Shown here: piece by piece, positions 8,783-18,804 of the stretch | Position numbering within the stretch: position 1 is the stretch's first letter | Layout: every line of letters begins with the position of its first letter | Assembly: GCA_046483305.1 (NCBI GenBank) | Contig: JAWODM010000034.1 | Coordinates: 43,101-107,100 of the forward strand | Direction of reading: 5' to 3' | From: Candidatus Krumholzibacteriales bacterium | GTDB taxonomy: Bacteria; Krumholzibacteriota; Krumholzibacteriia; Krumholzibacteriales; WJIX01 | Length of the DNA: 64,000 nucleotides | Position numbers and translations under genes: made by a program | The notes under the pieces: model-generated | Database searches by the model: none | Told to the model about the DNA's origin: nothing | The model's input: the letters and a program-made list of their open reading frames with translations, nothing else

Positions 8783-9880
8783 ATGAAAGCGGCAGTTGTA
8801 GTCGGAGCGAGGCCTAATTTCATGAAAGCCGCCCCCCTTATGAGGGAGTTCGGCTCGAGAAGGGGGATCGACGCTTTCCTGGTGCACACCGGCCAGCACT
8901 ACGATGAAAATATGTCGAAGGTTTTTTTCGAAGACCTGAATCTGCCCAGGCCGGATATATATCTGGAAATAGGTTCCGGCACTCATGCCGCCCAGACTGC
9001 CGGGGTTATGGTGGAGTTCGAAAAAGTGGTGGCCCGGAATAATCCCGACCTGATAATAGTGGTGGGCGATGTCAATTCAACCCTGGCCTGCTCTCTGGTA
9101 GGAGCGAAGCAGCATATCCCGGTTGCTCACGTGGAGGCGGGGCTTAGAAGCTTTGACAAGAGAATGCCCGAGGAGATTAACAGAATGGTTACAGATATTA
9201 TCTCCGATTTCTGTTTTACCACCTCTCCGGAAGCGGAATTCAATCTGAACAGGGAGGGTATCGGGAAGGAGAGGATATTCTTCGTAGGCAATGTAATGAT
9301 AGATTCATTAAAATCTTATATCGAAAAATCGGAACAATCCCGGATTCTGGAAGAGCTGAAACTCAGTAAGGGAAAGTATATACTGGTCACTCTCCACCGG
9401 CCTTCCAATGTGGACGATCCCGCGCAGTTCAGGTCTCTCTTCGAGGTGCTGGACAGGCTTGCCGAATCTAACCGGGTGGTTTTCCCGATGCATCCCAGGA
9501 CACGCAAGGTAATGGATGGGGCGGGGATAAGCCTGGAAGCCGGTTCCGGTTTCAAGGTAATCGAGCCGGTGGGGTACCTCGACTTTCTCAAATGCATGAA
9601 GTATTCCAGGCTGGTTGTTACCGATTCCGGAGGAATACAGGAAGAGACCACGGTGCTGGGGATACCCTGTTTGACGGTGCGGGATAACACGGAGAGGCCG
9701 ATCACCGTCAGGATGGGAACCAACCGGCTGGTAGGAACCAGGGCTGAAGATCTCTACGCCTCCGCACTGGAGGTTCTGGAGGAGGGAGTGGGCGATTTCA
9801 GTGTGCCTCCTCTGTGGGACGGTATGACAGCCCCGCGGATAGCGGACATAATTGAGAATGCTTTTGACAGCGCCGGGTGA
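8783..9880 (+). CDS. wecB: UDP-N-acetylglucosamine 2-epimerase (non-hydrolysing)
   Basis: GARPNFMK, HTGQHYD, HVEAGLRS and TDSGGIQEE motifs. Confidence 0.95.
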   Translation: MKAAVVVGARPNFMKAAPLMREFGSRRGIDAFLVHTGQHYDENMSKVFFEDLNLPRPDIYLEIGSGTHAAQTAGVMVEFEKVVARNNPDLIIVVGDVNSTLACSLVGAKQHIPVAHVEAGLRSFDKRMPEEINRMVTDIISDFCFTTSPEAEFNLNREGIGKERIFFVGNVMIDSLKSYIEKSEQSRILEELKLSKGKYILVTLHRPSNVDDPAQFRSLFEVLDRLAESNRVVFPMHPRTRKVMDGAGISLEAGSGFKVIEPVGYLDFLKCMKYSRLVVTDSGGIQEETTVLGIPCLTVRDNTERPITVRMGTNRLVGTRAEDLYASALEVLEEGVGDFSVPPLWDGMTAPRIADIIENAFDSAG

Positions 9881-9925
9881 GCCCGGACGCGAAAGGAACG
9901 GCCGAGGGAGGTACCGGCTTAGGAA

Positions 9926-11017
9926 ATGGTTAAGTTGTCTTATTCGGGTATAGTTGTTCCTTTTTGCCTGTCATTCCTGGTCTGTTTTATGATGACCCCT
10001 CTGGTCAGGAATATAGCGGCCAGGTGGAAGATCTGCGATAAGCCGAATGACAGAGCAAACGGGGATATCGCTCATATAGGAGGGGTTGCCATAGTTGCCG
10101 CCATAGTGGTAGGCCTGGTCCCCGTCTTTCTATTCCTGGTAGAGGAACAGATGCTCCCCAGGGTGTTCTTCCCTGTGCTTATAGTCAGCGGCTTTATTAT
10201 ATTCGTGCTGGGGGTGATCGACGATCTGAGGTCCCTGCATTATAAATACAAGCTGGTTCTGCAGCTGGTGGCCTCTGTGATAGTTTCTCTCGGGGGGATA
10301 TTTCTCTTCGCCAGTTTTTTCAGCTTCCCCCTGACGATTCATTTCGTGGTGGCAGTATTCATAGCAATCACCCTGTGGATTATGGCGGTCACGAGTTCCT
10401 TTAATCTGATAGACGGGATTGACGGACTGGCAACCGGAATAGCGGTTATCGCCGCCGCGGAGCTGTCAGTGGCCGGTTATTTATTCGATAACGCCGTGGT
10501 ACTGTATACATCGGTGGTAGTTCTCGGCGCGTCAGTCGCTTTTCTGAGATACAACTTCCCTCCCGCGATGATATTCATGGGAGATTCCGGCTCTCTCTTC
10601 TTCGGATTGATATTGGGATTGATAACCATATTTACGGTTATTCCGGGAAAAGATATCTTCTACAGAATAGCGGGATGCGTATTCATTCTGAGTATTCCTC
10701 TGACTGACGCAGTCCTGGCATTCCTTCGAAGGGCAATTGAGGGCCGTCCGGTTTTCGAAGCGGATTTGAAGCATCTGCATTATGTCCTGCTGTTCAAATA
10801 CGGTTCCATGAGAAAGGTTGATTTTGCCCTGTGGGGGCTCTCGCTGATTCTTGGTATCCTGGGGGTCTGGACCATGACCGGGAGCCTTGCCGCCTTTATT
10901 ATCGCGGCCTCCCTGCAGCTGGCGCTGCTTTTCTACTCATTCTACCTTATGACCAATACTCCGGTAACCGCTGAACGGATAAACAGCATCATTGCCGAAT
11001 ACAGGAAGAGGCAGTGA
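9926..11017 (+). CDS. MraY/WecA-family undecaprenyl-phosphate GlcNAc-1-phosphate transferase
   Basis: Polytopic membrane protein with GVIDD, FNLIDGIDGLA, YNFPPAMIFMGDSG and HLHY motifs. Confidence 0.92.
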   Translation: MVKLSYSGIVVPFCLSFLVCFMMTPLVRNIAARWKICDKPNDRANGDIAHIGGVAIVAAIVVGLVPVFLFLVEEQMLPRVFFPVLIVSGFIIFVLGVIDDLRSLHYKYKLVLQLVASVIVSLGGIFLFASFFSFPLTIHFVVAVFIAITLWIMAVTSSFNLIDGIDGLATGIAVIAAAELSVAGYLFDNAVVLYTSVVVLGASVAFLRYNFPPAMIFMGDSGSLFFGLILGLITIFTVIPGKDIFYRIAGCVFILSIPLTDAVLAFLRRAIEGRPVFEADLKHLHYVLLFKYGSMRKVDFALWGLSLILGILGVWTMTGSLAAFIIAASLQLALLFYSFYLMTNTPVTAERINSIIAEYRKRQ

Positions 11018-11132
11018 ACTTTAAGGAAGAGAGCTGCTGCCGGGCGCCCGTTTATCTTTGCCTTTTGAGAATTTCTGTGATACCTTGACATTAAAAAATA
11101 TTGGCGTTCAGCTTTTGAGGAGTTGATCAGAA

Positions 11133-12014
11133 ATAGCATCCAGCGAGTATAGAATAGCGTTCGGGGGTTCAACGGTAAAGGAAGCGGGCTCGGGCCTGGT
11201 CTCTTCCATGCGGGGGGTTATGCCTGACTCGGAATACAGAGAGATAGTAGCTGATGACGAGCGGGAAGCAAACGGTTCCGACCTGAGAGGATATCTGAGT
11301 CTGTTAGAGGATAAGGAACTGGATATATTGATCTGCGACGCCTCTCTGATACCATTTCCGCTCAGCCCGGAGCTTAAGATCGCGGCGGTGCCGGAAAGGA
11401 CCAATCCTTTTAATGTATTCATTTCGGAACACGCTTCGATCTTCGAGGATTACCGTGGTGAAATGCCTATCGAGGTATTCAGCCCGGTAATAAAGGGCCA
11501 GCTGATATATCATCATCCGGCATACAAATATGTTGAATGCGACAGGAATTTCTACCACTGCTACCGGAGGATGGTCAATGAGGAGTGCGGGGGGTTTGTT
11601 CTGCCCGCTTTCGTGGTGGAAACCCTGAATCAGCAGGGCAGGGTGGTGGAGGTATTCAGCTCCTCGGTCTGTATGCCGCTCCCCGGGCAGGGAACGCTGG
11701 CTCTGATAACCAGGAAGTCAGACCGGAAGAGCTCGGGGCTCGCCGGGGAGATTAATAACCCGAACCTGTGGCTGGCGCTGAACCTGGAGAGAAAATTCGC
11801 CGGGAGCGCGGTGTTTGAAAACAGGTGTGTTGGAGCGCTTTGCACCATATCCGGGCTGGCTCTGGATTTCAGCGCCGTTATAGTGAGTCAGGACGGCTCC
11901 GAAAGATTTGAGCGCGCTGTCTCCGGAAAAACGGATGATGGAGAAGATATTATCAGAAAACTGATCGATACTATTTATTCCGCCGGTAGTGAAACCGGCA
12001 CCAACTTAGCTTGA
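11133..12014 (+). CDS. Porphobilinogen deaminase (HemC)-like protein lacking catalytic residues
   Basis: Retains PLPGQGTLAL, ER and DGSE motifs. The frame is open from 11127, so the start is uncertain: ATA at 11133 after GAGGAG, or ATG at 11208. Confidence 0.65.
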   Translation: MASSEYRIAFGGSTVKEAGSGLVSSMRGVMPDSEYREIVADDEREANGSDLRGYLSLLEDKELDILICDASLIPFPLSPELKIAAVPERTNPFNVFISEHASIFEDYRGEMPIEVFSPVIKGQLIYHHPAYKYVECDRNFYHCYRRMVNEECGGFVLPAFVVETLNQQGRVVEVFSSSVCMPLPGQGTLALITRKSDRKSSGLAGEINNPNLWLALNLERKFAGSAVFENRCVGALCTISGLALDFSAVIVSQDGSERFERAVSGKTDDGEDIIRKLIDTIYSAGSETGTNLA

Positions 12015-12036
12015 AACCTAATGGAGAATACGCTAT

Positions 12037-13308
12037 ATGCTTGACAGGAAATTGATCAGAAAGGATCCCGGCAGAGTGCGGGAGGGTATCAGGAACAAGG
12101 GAAGCGACTTCGACCTGGACCATTTTCTGGAAGTGGACCGGCGAAGGCGGGAGCTGCTTCAGGAAGTGGAATCACTTAAGCATGAAAAGAATGTAGCCTC
12201 CAGGGAGATTTCCCGCCTGATGCGGGAGAAGAAGGACGCTTCGGAGCTGATAGAGAGCATGAAGGCGACCTCTTCCACCATCAAAGAGCATGAAGATGAG
12301 TTGAAAGATATAACGGCGGAATTACAGGAACTTGAGCTTGATATTCCGAATATACCTCATGAGAGCGCGCCGGCCGGAACCTGCGAGGAAGATAACCCGG
12401 TTATCAGGGAATGGGGCGACCCGTTCAGAAATGACCTTCCCATACTGCCTCACTGGGAAATTGGTGAAAAACTGGGGGTGCTGGACCTGGAAGCCGGCGC
12501 CTCAGTGAGCGGAAGCGGCTTCGTGGTCCTGCGGGATGACGGGGCGCTTCTGTCCAGGGCGCTGGTGAACTATATGCTGGATACTCACCGCGGCAGGGGT
12601 TACCGGGAGGTCTCGGTTCCATATCTGGTAAGCAGGGATTCGATGATCGGAACCGGCCAGCTTCCCAAGATGGCGGACGATATGTACCACTGCAGCCGGG
12701 ATGACCTGTTCTGCATACCGACAGCGGAGGTGCCGGTAACAAACCTCCTGAGAGAAACCACCGTTCCGGAAGGCCGGCTCCCCGTGAAAATGGTTGCGTA
12801 CAGCCCCTGTTTCCGCAGAGAGGCGGGGAGCTACGGCAAGGATACCAGGGGGCTTATCAGAGTTCACCAGTTCGACAAGGTGGAGATGGTGAGGGTGGTC
12901 AATCCTGATGATTCCTACCGCCATCTGGAACTTCTGCTTGAGGATGCGCTTTTTATTCTTGAAAACCTGGATATTCCCTACCGGGTTATAGAACTCTGCA
13001 CCGGAGACCTGAGCTTCTCGGCCGCCAAGTGTTACGATATAGAAACCTATGCTCCCGCTACCGGGCAGTGGCTGGAAGTCTCATCCTGCAGCAACTTCGA
13101 GGATTTCCAGGCCAGAAGAGCGAGAATCAAATTCCGGGAGGAGAAGGACGGCGGCTCGGAGTTTGTGCATACCCTTAACGGTTCGGGGCTGGCTCTTCCT
13201 CGAATCATTGCAACCATCCTTGAACTCTATCAGACTCCCACGGGAAAGGTCCGGGTTCCCGATCCTCTTACCCGCTATATGGGCGGCCGGGAATTCCTGG
13301 GGGGGTAA
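12037..13308 (+). CDS. serS: Serine--tRNA ligase
   Basis: PTAEVP, CFRREAGSYGKDTRGLIRVHQFDKVE, EVSSCSN and HTLNGSGLA motifs. Confidence 0.98.
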   Translation: MLDRKLIRKDPGRVREGIRNKGSDFDLDHFLEVDRRRRELLQEVESLKHEKNVASREISRLMREKKDASELIESMKATSSTIKEHEDELKDITAELQELELDIPNIPHESAPAGTCEEDNPVIREWGDPFRNDLPILPHWEIGEKLGVLDLEAGASVSGSGFVVLRDDGALLSRALVNYMLDTHRGRGYREVSVPYLVSRDSMIGTGQLPKMADDMYHCSRDDLFCIPTAEVPVTNLLRETTVPEGRLPVKMVAYSPCFRREAGSYGKDTRGLIRVHQFDKVEMVRVVNPDDSYRHLELLLEDALFILENLDIPYRVIELCTGDLSFSAAKCYDIETYAPATGQWLEVSSCSNFEDFQARRARIKFREEKDGGSEFVHTLNGSGLALPRIIATILELYQTPTGKVRVPDPLTRYMGGREFLGG

Positions 13309-13309
13309 T

Positions 13310-14557
13310 ATGAAGATCAGGCTATCAAGAAATCTTCCCTTTCTCATCAGGGTATATTTCATTGTGGGAGGCATAATACTGGTGATATCGATGCTCTATT
13401 ACAATAATACCCTGATAACCAGGATGCGCGAACAGGCCGAGAGCACCACAAAGCTGTTTTCCCGCTTTACCGCTCTGGCTCTGAGCAGGGTGGAGAACGC
13501 AGGCAGCAGGCAGTTTGTGAGGGAGATTCGTGAATCGATGATTCTGCCGCTGGTGATAACAGACGCTAGGGGCAGGCCGATGATATGGAATGAAATAGGC
13601 ATAGAACAGGTGGGCGATTCGGAGTATTCAAGGCTTCTGGATTTCGATCCGGCTGATCCGGACGATCCGCTGCTGGAAAAGGTTATGGAAAAGGTCAGGA
13701 GCTTCGACAGAATAAATGAACCGATCCCGGTCAATACCAACGGCCAGCAGCTCAATATCCACTACGGCCTTTCCGGACTGGCCAGGGAACTTAGAATAGC
13801 CCCATACGTTCAATTAGGTGTGTTCGTTATATTCGCTCTGTTTGGTTTCATGGGGTTTATTTATCTGAAACGCAGCGAACAGAGGTCCATATGGGTCGGC
13901 ATGTCGAAGGAAACCGCCCACCAGCTGGGAACGCCGATATCTTCACTGATGGGCTGGCTGGAGATCATCAAGGGAGAACTCAGAAAGCCTGATATGTACA
14001 GGGAAAAGATAGAATCAGCCGCCATGGAAGCGGAGCTGGACGTTCAGAGGCTCAGCAGAATCTCTTCAAGGTTCAGCAAGATAGGTTCGGCGCCCAGGCT
14101 GGAATACCAGGATATAGGCGATATCATATCAGACACGGTCGATTATTTCAAGAGAAGGCGCCCGGCGCTCAGCATTAATTCGATTATTAACCTGGAACTT
14201 GAAGAGATGCCGGAGGTGCGCTGCAGCGCTGACCTGATCGGCTGGGTGTTCGAGAACCTTATAAAGAATTCGCTGGATGCCATCAGCGAAGGAGAGGGGC
14301 GTATCGAGATAACCGGCAGGGTGAACAGGAAAAACAACAGAATAGAGATAACGGTAAGCGATACAGGCAAAGGGATACCGCCGGCGCTCAGAAAAAGGGT
14401 GTTCGCCCCCGGAGTTACCACCAAGAGGCGGGGGTGGGGCCTCGGCCTGGCGCTGGTCAAGAGGATAGTGGAAGAGATTCATAACGGCTCGATCACGCTT
14501 GCGGATTCCGAACTGGGCAAGGGAACTACCTTTATTCTTAAATTCCCCGTTGATTAG
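13310..14557 (+). CDS. Membrane sensor histidine kinase
   Basis: Two TM segments, H-box ETAHQLGTP, N-box ENLIKNS, DTGKG and GWGLGL. Start placed at ATG 13310 just after the serS stop. Confidence 0.93.
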   Translation: MKIRLSRNLPFLIRVYFIVGGIILVISMLYYNNTLITRMREQAESTTKLFSRFTALALSRVENAGSRQFVREIRESMILPLVITDARGRPMIWNEIGIEQVGDSEYSRLLDFDPADPDDPLLEKVMEKVRSFDRINEPIPVNTNGQQLNIHYGLSGLARELRIAPYVQLGVFVIFALFGFMGFIYLKRSEQRSIWVGMSKETAHQLGTPISSLMGWLEIIKGELRKPDMYREKIESAAMEAELDVQRLSRISSRFSKIGSAPRLEYQDIGDIISDTVDYFKRRRPALSINSIINLELEEMPEVRCSADLIGWVFENLIKNSLDAISEGEGRIEITGRVNRKNNRIEITVSDTGKGIPPALRKRVFAPGVTTKRRGWGLGLALVKRIVEEIHNGSITLADSELGKGTTFILKFPVD

Positions 14558-14565
14558 AAGGAGAA

Positions 14566-16131
14566 ATGGTTTTGAATATGAATAATATGATTTTATGGGT
14601 TGACGACGAGATCGAGCTTCTCCGGTCCCATATTATTTTTCTGGAAGAGAAGGGTTACAGCGTCAAGGGTGTATCCAGCGGTGAGGAGGGAGTGGCAGAA
14701 ATAAGGAAGAGTAACTACGATCTGGTATTCCTGGATGAAAATATGCCCGGTAAAGACGGCATCAGCACTCTCCAGGAGATTAAGGCCATTAATATGAATC
14801 TTCCGGTGATCATGGTGACCAAAAACGAAGAAGAGGGGATCATGGACCAGGCGATAGGCCTGAAGATAGATGACTATCTGATCAAACCGATCAATCCTCT
14901 CCAGTCTTATCTGGCGGCGAAGAAGATTCTGCAGTCTTCCAGGATTCAGAAGGATACCCTGAGCAGAGAATATCTGGAGGAGTTCCGGAGGCTGGACAGC
15001 CTTCTTGATTCTGATCTCAGCGCCGATGAATGGAAGGGGATTCACCAGAGTTTATCCAGGTGGGACCTTGAGCTGAGTGATCTCACCAAAACGGGGCTGG
15101 AGCAGATTCACAGCGATCTGAAGGAGAGGAGCAATCAGAAGTTTTCGGAGTTTGTGGTAGAAAACTATAAGGATTGGGTCAATTCTGAAGACCGCCCCCT
15201 TATGACCAAGGACGTTTTTGACAGGTATACCCTGCCTGCTGTTTCGAAGGGAAAACAGGTATACCTGATGGTAATCGACTGCATGAGATATGACCAGTGG
15301 CTGATGATAGAAGATCTTCTGGCTGACCAATATATAATTCACAGGGATTTAATCTATTCTATTCTTCCGTCGGCGACGCCCTATTCGAGAAACGCTATAT
15401 TCTCGGGTCTTTACCCCATAGGCATAAGACAGCAGTACCCGCAGTTCTGGCTGGAGAGAGCGGACGACGACGGCTCGGGCAAGAACCGTTTCGAGATGGA
15501 GTTAATGGAAGAACAGCTCAAGGCCAAAGGTTTCGGTAAGGTCAAATCAAAATATATAAAGATATTCAGCAATGAGGATACCGCGAAGATAAGCGACGAG
15601 ATAGGTTCGTATAAGTCGCTGGATCTGATAGCGATAGTGGTAAACTTTCTGGATATGCTCTCCCATGGCCGGAGCCATATAAGGCTCCTTCAGGAGATTG
15701 CTCCGGATGAGGGGGCTTTCAGGTCTCTGATGAGGTCCTGGTTCATACATTCCGCGCTGTTCGATATTCTGCAGAAAATCAGGAGCGAAGGAGCAACAGT
15801 CATCATCACCACTGATCACGGGTCGGTTTTATGCAGGAGAGCTACCATGGTCAAAGCTAACCGGGAGACATCCACAAACCTGAGATATAAATTCGGAGAG
15901 AATATAAGCTGCGATGAAAAGTACACCTATCATGTTGAGGATCCGAGAAGTATCAAGCTGCCGGCCGAAAGCCCCGCGAAGAACTATATATTCGCCAAAT
16001 CTGATTACTATTTTGTTTATCCCACTAATTATCACAAGTATGAACGGCAGTACAGGAACACTTTCCAGCATGGGGGGATATCCCTGGAGGAGCTTATAGT
16101 TCCCTGTATCAGGCTGGAGCCTAAGTTCTGA
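14566..16131 (+). CDS. Response regulator with PglZ (alkaline phosphatase-like) domain, PorX-like
   Basis: REC domain (WVDDE, LDENMPG, IKP), then IDCMRYDQW, LPSATPYSRNAIF, TTDHG and FQHGGISLEE; followed by tsaE as in Bacteroidota. Confidence 0.92.
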   Translation: MVLNMNNMILWVDDEIELLRSHIIFLEEKGYSVKGVSSGEEGVAEIRKSNYDLVFLDENMPGKDGISTLQEIKAINMNLPVIMVTKNEEEGIMDQAIGLKIDDYLIKPINPLQSYLAAKKILQSSRIQKDTLSREYLEEFRRLDSLLDSDLSADEWKGIHQSLSRWDLELSDLTKTGLEQIHSDLKERSNQKFSEFVVENYKDWVNSEDRPLMTKDVFDRYTLPAVSKGKQVYLMVIDCMRYDQWLMIEDLLADQYIIHRDLIYSILPSATPYSRNAIFSGLYPIGIRQQYPQFWLERADDDGSGKNRFEMELMEEQLKAKGFGKVKSKYIKIFSNEDTAKISDEIGSYKSLDLIAIVVNFLDMLSHGRSHIRLLQEIAPDEGAFRSLMRSWFIHSALFDILQKIRSEGATVIITTDHGSVLCRRATMVKANRETSTNLRYKFGENISCDEKYTYHVEDPRSIKLPAESPAKNYIFAKSDYYFVYPTNYHKYERQYRNTFQHGGISLEELIVPCIRLEPKF

Positions 16132-16176
16132 TTGCTGATATTATTCCGCTTGTTGTGAATGAACTGCAGGTGATTA

Positions 16177-16674
16177 TTGAAAACGGAAAGATTGAATGAG
16201 TTAAGCGGAGAAATCAGGGAATGGGTCGCGGCAAGCCGCTCGCCGGCCCGGACCGTTTCCATGGGAGAGGTTTTCGGCCGCCTCCTGCCGGAAGGCGCCA
16301 CGGTATCTTTCGAGGGAGGGCTCGGTTCGGGGAAGACCTGTTTCATAAAAGGGGTATGTTCGGGACTGGGAATCCGCGGCGAGGTCCTCAGCCCCAGCTT
16401 TATTCTGGTAGAGGAGTACAGGGGGGATTTCAACGTTCTGCACTTTGATCTCTACCGGTTGGAAGAACTGGGAGATGTCTATCAGACCGGCCTGTTCGAC
16501 GCAGCCGACGGAATGAATATCATACTGGTGGAGTGGGGGGACAGGCTCCCGGAGAACTGTTTTGATTTCGACATAACCGTACGGATTGATATGGAGGGTG
16601 AAAAAATCAGGACTTTCAGATTCATAGGCCCGGCCAATTTTATTGACCGCTTGATGGAGGCGGCTGATGGATAA
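16177..16674 (+). CDS. tsaE: tRNA threonylcarbamoyladenosine biosynthesis ATPase
   Basis: GGLGSGKT, SPSF, HFDLYRL and VEW motifs. Confidence 0.95.
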   Translation: MKTERLNELSGEIREWVAASRSPARTVSMGEVFGRLLPEGATVSFEGGLGSGKTCFIKGVCSGLGIRGEVLSPSFILVEEYRGDFNVLHFDLYRLEELGDVYQTGLFDAADGMNIILVEWGDRLPENCFDFDITVRIDMEGEKIRTFRFIGPANFIDRLMEAADG

Positions 16675-17380
16675 GAATGGTCTGATACTTTCTCTGGATA
16701 CTTCTCACCTCAGGGGCAGTTCGGCTGTCTCCACTGGCAGGGAGCTTCTGTCCGCGGTTTTCTTCAACGCCAGCGATACTCACTCGGCAACCCTGTTGCC
16801 GGCGGTAGATTCATCATTAAGGATGGCCGGGACGGCCCTGGAAGAGATAGAGAAATTCGCGGTGGTTATTGGACCGGGCAGCTTCACCGGCCTTCGAATA
16901 GGCCTTTCCACTATCAAGGCTTTCGCTTCGGTAAGGAAGAAACCGGTGTACACCGTAACCAGCCTGGAGCTTCTGGCGTCAGCTTTTCCCTATTCCGCTC
17001 TTCCTGTAGCTTCCGTTATAGATGCCAGGAGAAACCAGGTTTATTTCGGTCTTTACAACACCAGCTCCGGTATCCCCGAGCAGCTTATCGAACCGGTGGC
17101 GGTGGGGCCAGCCGGGGTCCCCGGCCTTATTTCCTCGGAGGCGGTGCCCGGCAAGACTCTTCTTTGCGGTACCGGAGCTCTCCGATACCTGGATATATTA
17201 AAATCAGAGAATCTTATATTTTCAGGAGAGGGCAGAGTTTTCCCTTCCGCATCCTTTATTCCCGGCCTGTTGGAGGGCAGAGAGCCGGTCAGCTTCGAGC
17301 GGCTGCCCGGGCTCGAACCCCTTTATATAAGGCCCCCGGATGCCAGGCCTTCAGTTAAACTGATGAATAAGCGGGGGTAG
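16667..17380 (+). CDS. tsaB: tRNA threonylcarbamoyladenosine biosynthesis protein
   Basis: LDTS, HS, GPGSFTGLRIG, IDARR and PLYIR motifs. Confidence 0.95.
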   Translation: MDKNGLILSLDTSHLRGSSAVSTGRELLSAVFFNASDTHSATLLPAVDSSLRMAGTALEEIEKFAVVIGPGSFTGLRIGLSTIKAFASVRKKPVYTVTSLELLASAFPYSALPVASVIDARRNQVYFGLYNTSSGIPEQLIEPVAVGPAGVPGLISSEAVPGKTLLCGTGALRYLDILKSENLIFSGEGRVFPSASFIPGLLEGREPVSFERLPGLEPLYIRPPDARPSVKLMNKRG

Positions 17381-17385
17381 CTTTG

Positions 17386-17832
17386 ATGCGGATCAAGGTG
17401 AGAGAAGCGACCGAAGGGGATATCAGCGATATTCTGAGAATAGAATCGGAGAGTTTCGAAATTCCCTGGCCTGAGGCGATGTTCAGGAATCAGCTGGAGC
17501 TCAGGCCCGTAACCCTGTTGTTGATCGCGGAAACCGCATCATCGGTGATCGGATATTCAGTGGTCTGGTTCGAGGGGCCTGATTCCCATATTCTCAATAT
17601 AGCTGTTGACCCTGAGTTAAGAAGGCGGGGAGTGGCCGGCAGAATGGTGGATGAGATTATCAGGATATCCCGGGAGAGGGGTTGCGGAAGGCTGTACCTG
17701 GAGGTAAGAGAAAATAATATACCCGCCAGGGATTTCTACCTGGAAAGGGGATTTCGGATGACGGGAACCATAGAGGGGTATTACCGGGACAGCGGAGAGG
17801 ACGCTCTTTTTCTTGAGCTTTCTTTGAGGTGA
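17386..17832 (+). CDS. rimI: Ribosomal-protein-alanine N-acetyltransferase
   Basis: GNAT motifs NIAVDPELRRRGVA, LEVRENN and YY..GEDA; follows tsaB. Confidence 0.92.
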   Translation: MRIKVREATEGDISDILRIESESFEIPWPEAMFRNQLELRPVTLLLIAETASSVIGYSVVWFEGPDSHILNIAVDPELRRRGVAGRMVDEIIRISRERGCGRLYLEVRENNIPARDFYLERGFRMTGTIEGYYRDSGEDALFLELSLR

Positions 17833-18632
17833 GGTTCAGGATGGTATTAAAATCAGGGGATATAAAAGCGGATATTGCGGTTATTTTCGGCTCCGGGCTA
17901 TCCGTGTCCTCAGGAATCGGCTCTTTCCGCACCATTGCGGATTATGACGATGTAAAGCAGCTCCCTGTTCCCTCGGTTCCGGGGCATCCCGGGAGGATTG
18001 ATTACTTCAGGAGCGGGAATGGGACTGGAATGCTTCTGTTCATGGGAAGGTCTCATCTTTACGAGGGGATAAACTTCCGCCGGGCCGGGGCAACAGTCAG
18101 AACCGCGGCGGCGATGGGGTGCAGGAAGGTTCTGATAACCAATGCGGCAGGGTGCCTGGTCCCCGGTATTCCCATGGGGAGCTGGCTTGCCCCCGGCAGC
18201 GTGGCCGCTCTGCCAATCCGCCGCCGGGCCGCCGGTGGCCAGGAGAACTTCCGTTACCGTTTCGGCAGAAAAGGAGGCGTCTGCCGCCGTTTCCGGGGCC
18301 TGGTGATAGATTCAGCCCTGAAGGCCGGGCTGAGAGTATTCACCGGGAACCTGTTCTGGAATTCGGGGCCGTGTTACGAAACCCCGGCCGAAGCGCGGGC
18401 CTGCAGAATTATGGGAGCGGATGCGGTTACCATGTCGGTGATGCCGGAATTGACGGCTGCGGGCGAACTCGGCCTGGACGCGGCGGTTCTGAGCTGTATG
18501 ACCAATTACACCCCCAATATTTCCGGGCCCGGGCAATCTCACACGGGAGTGGTGGATAAGTGCAATACGGAAAGGGCGGGATTGCTGGAATTGTTAAGAT
18601 ATCTCAGTGAGGAGGGAAGCCGGGATGGCTGA
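17829..18632 (+). CDS. Purine nucleoside phosphorylase (divergent)
   Basis: FGSGL, VPGHPG, GRSHLYEG, TNAAG, GPCYETPAE and GADAVTMS motifs. Confidence 0.85.
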   Translation: MRFRMVLKSGDIKADIAVIFGSGLSVSSGIGSFRTIADYDDVKQLPVPSVPGHPGRIDYFRSGNGTGMLLFMGRSHLYEGINFRRAGATVRTAAAMGCRKVLITNAAGCLVPGIPMGSWLAPGSVAALPIRRRAAGGQENFRYRFGRKGGVCRRFRGLVIDSALKAGLRVFTGNLFWNSGPCYETPAEARACRIMGADAVTMSVMPELTAAGELGLDAAVLSCMTNYTPNISGPGQSHTGVVDKCNTERAGLLELLRYLSEEGSRDG

Positions 18633-18804
18633 AAGCGGAGGCAAAAAAGGAATAAAAGGTTTGTGAGAACCGGCGCTTCGGTGTTAAATTAATATAAATG
18701 GACGGATTCCGTATAATGTCCGGCCGCGGATGAGCTTACCTGTAATTATTCTTTGACAGGCCGGCTGGATCTTTTATACTCGGGGTGTAAACCAGAGGGG
18801 TATT

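Noticed and set aside
13049..13309. N-terminal extension of the histidine kinase ORF
   Set aside because: It overlaps the serS 3' end in another frame; ATG 13310 right after the serS stop gives a normal TM-first kinase.
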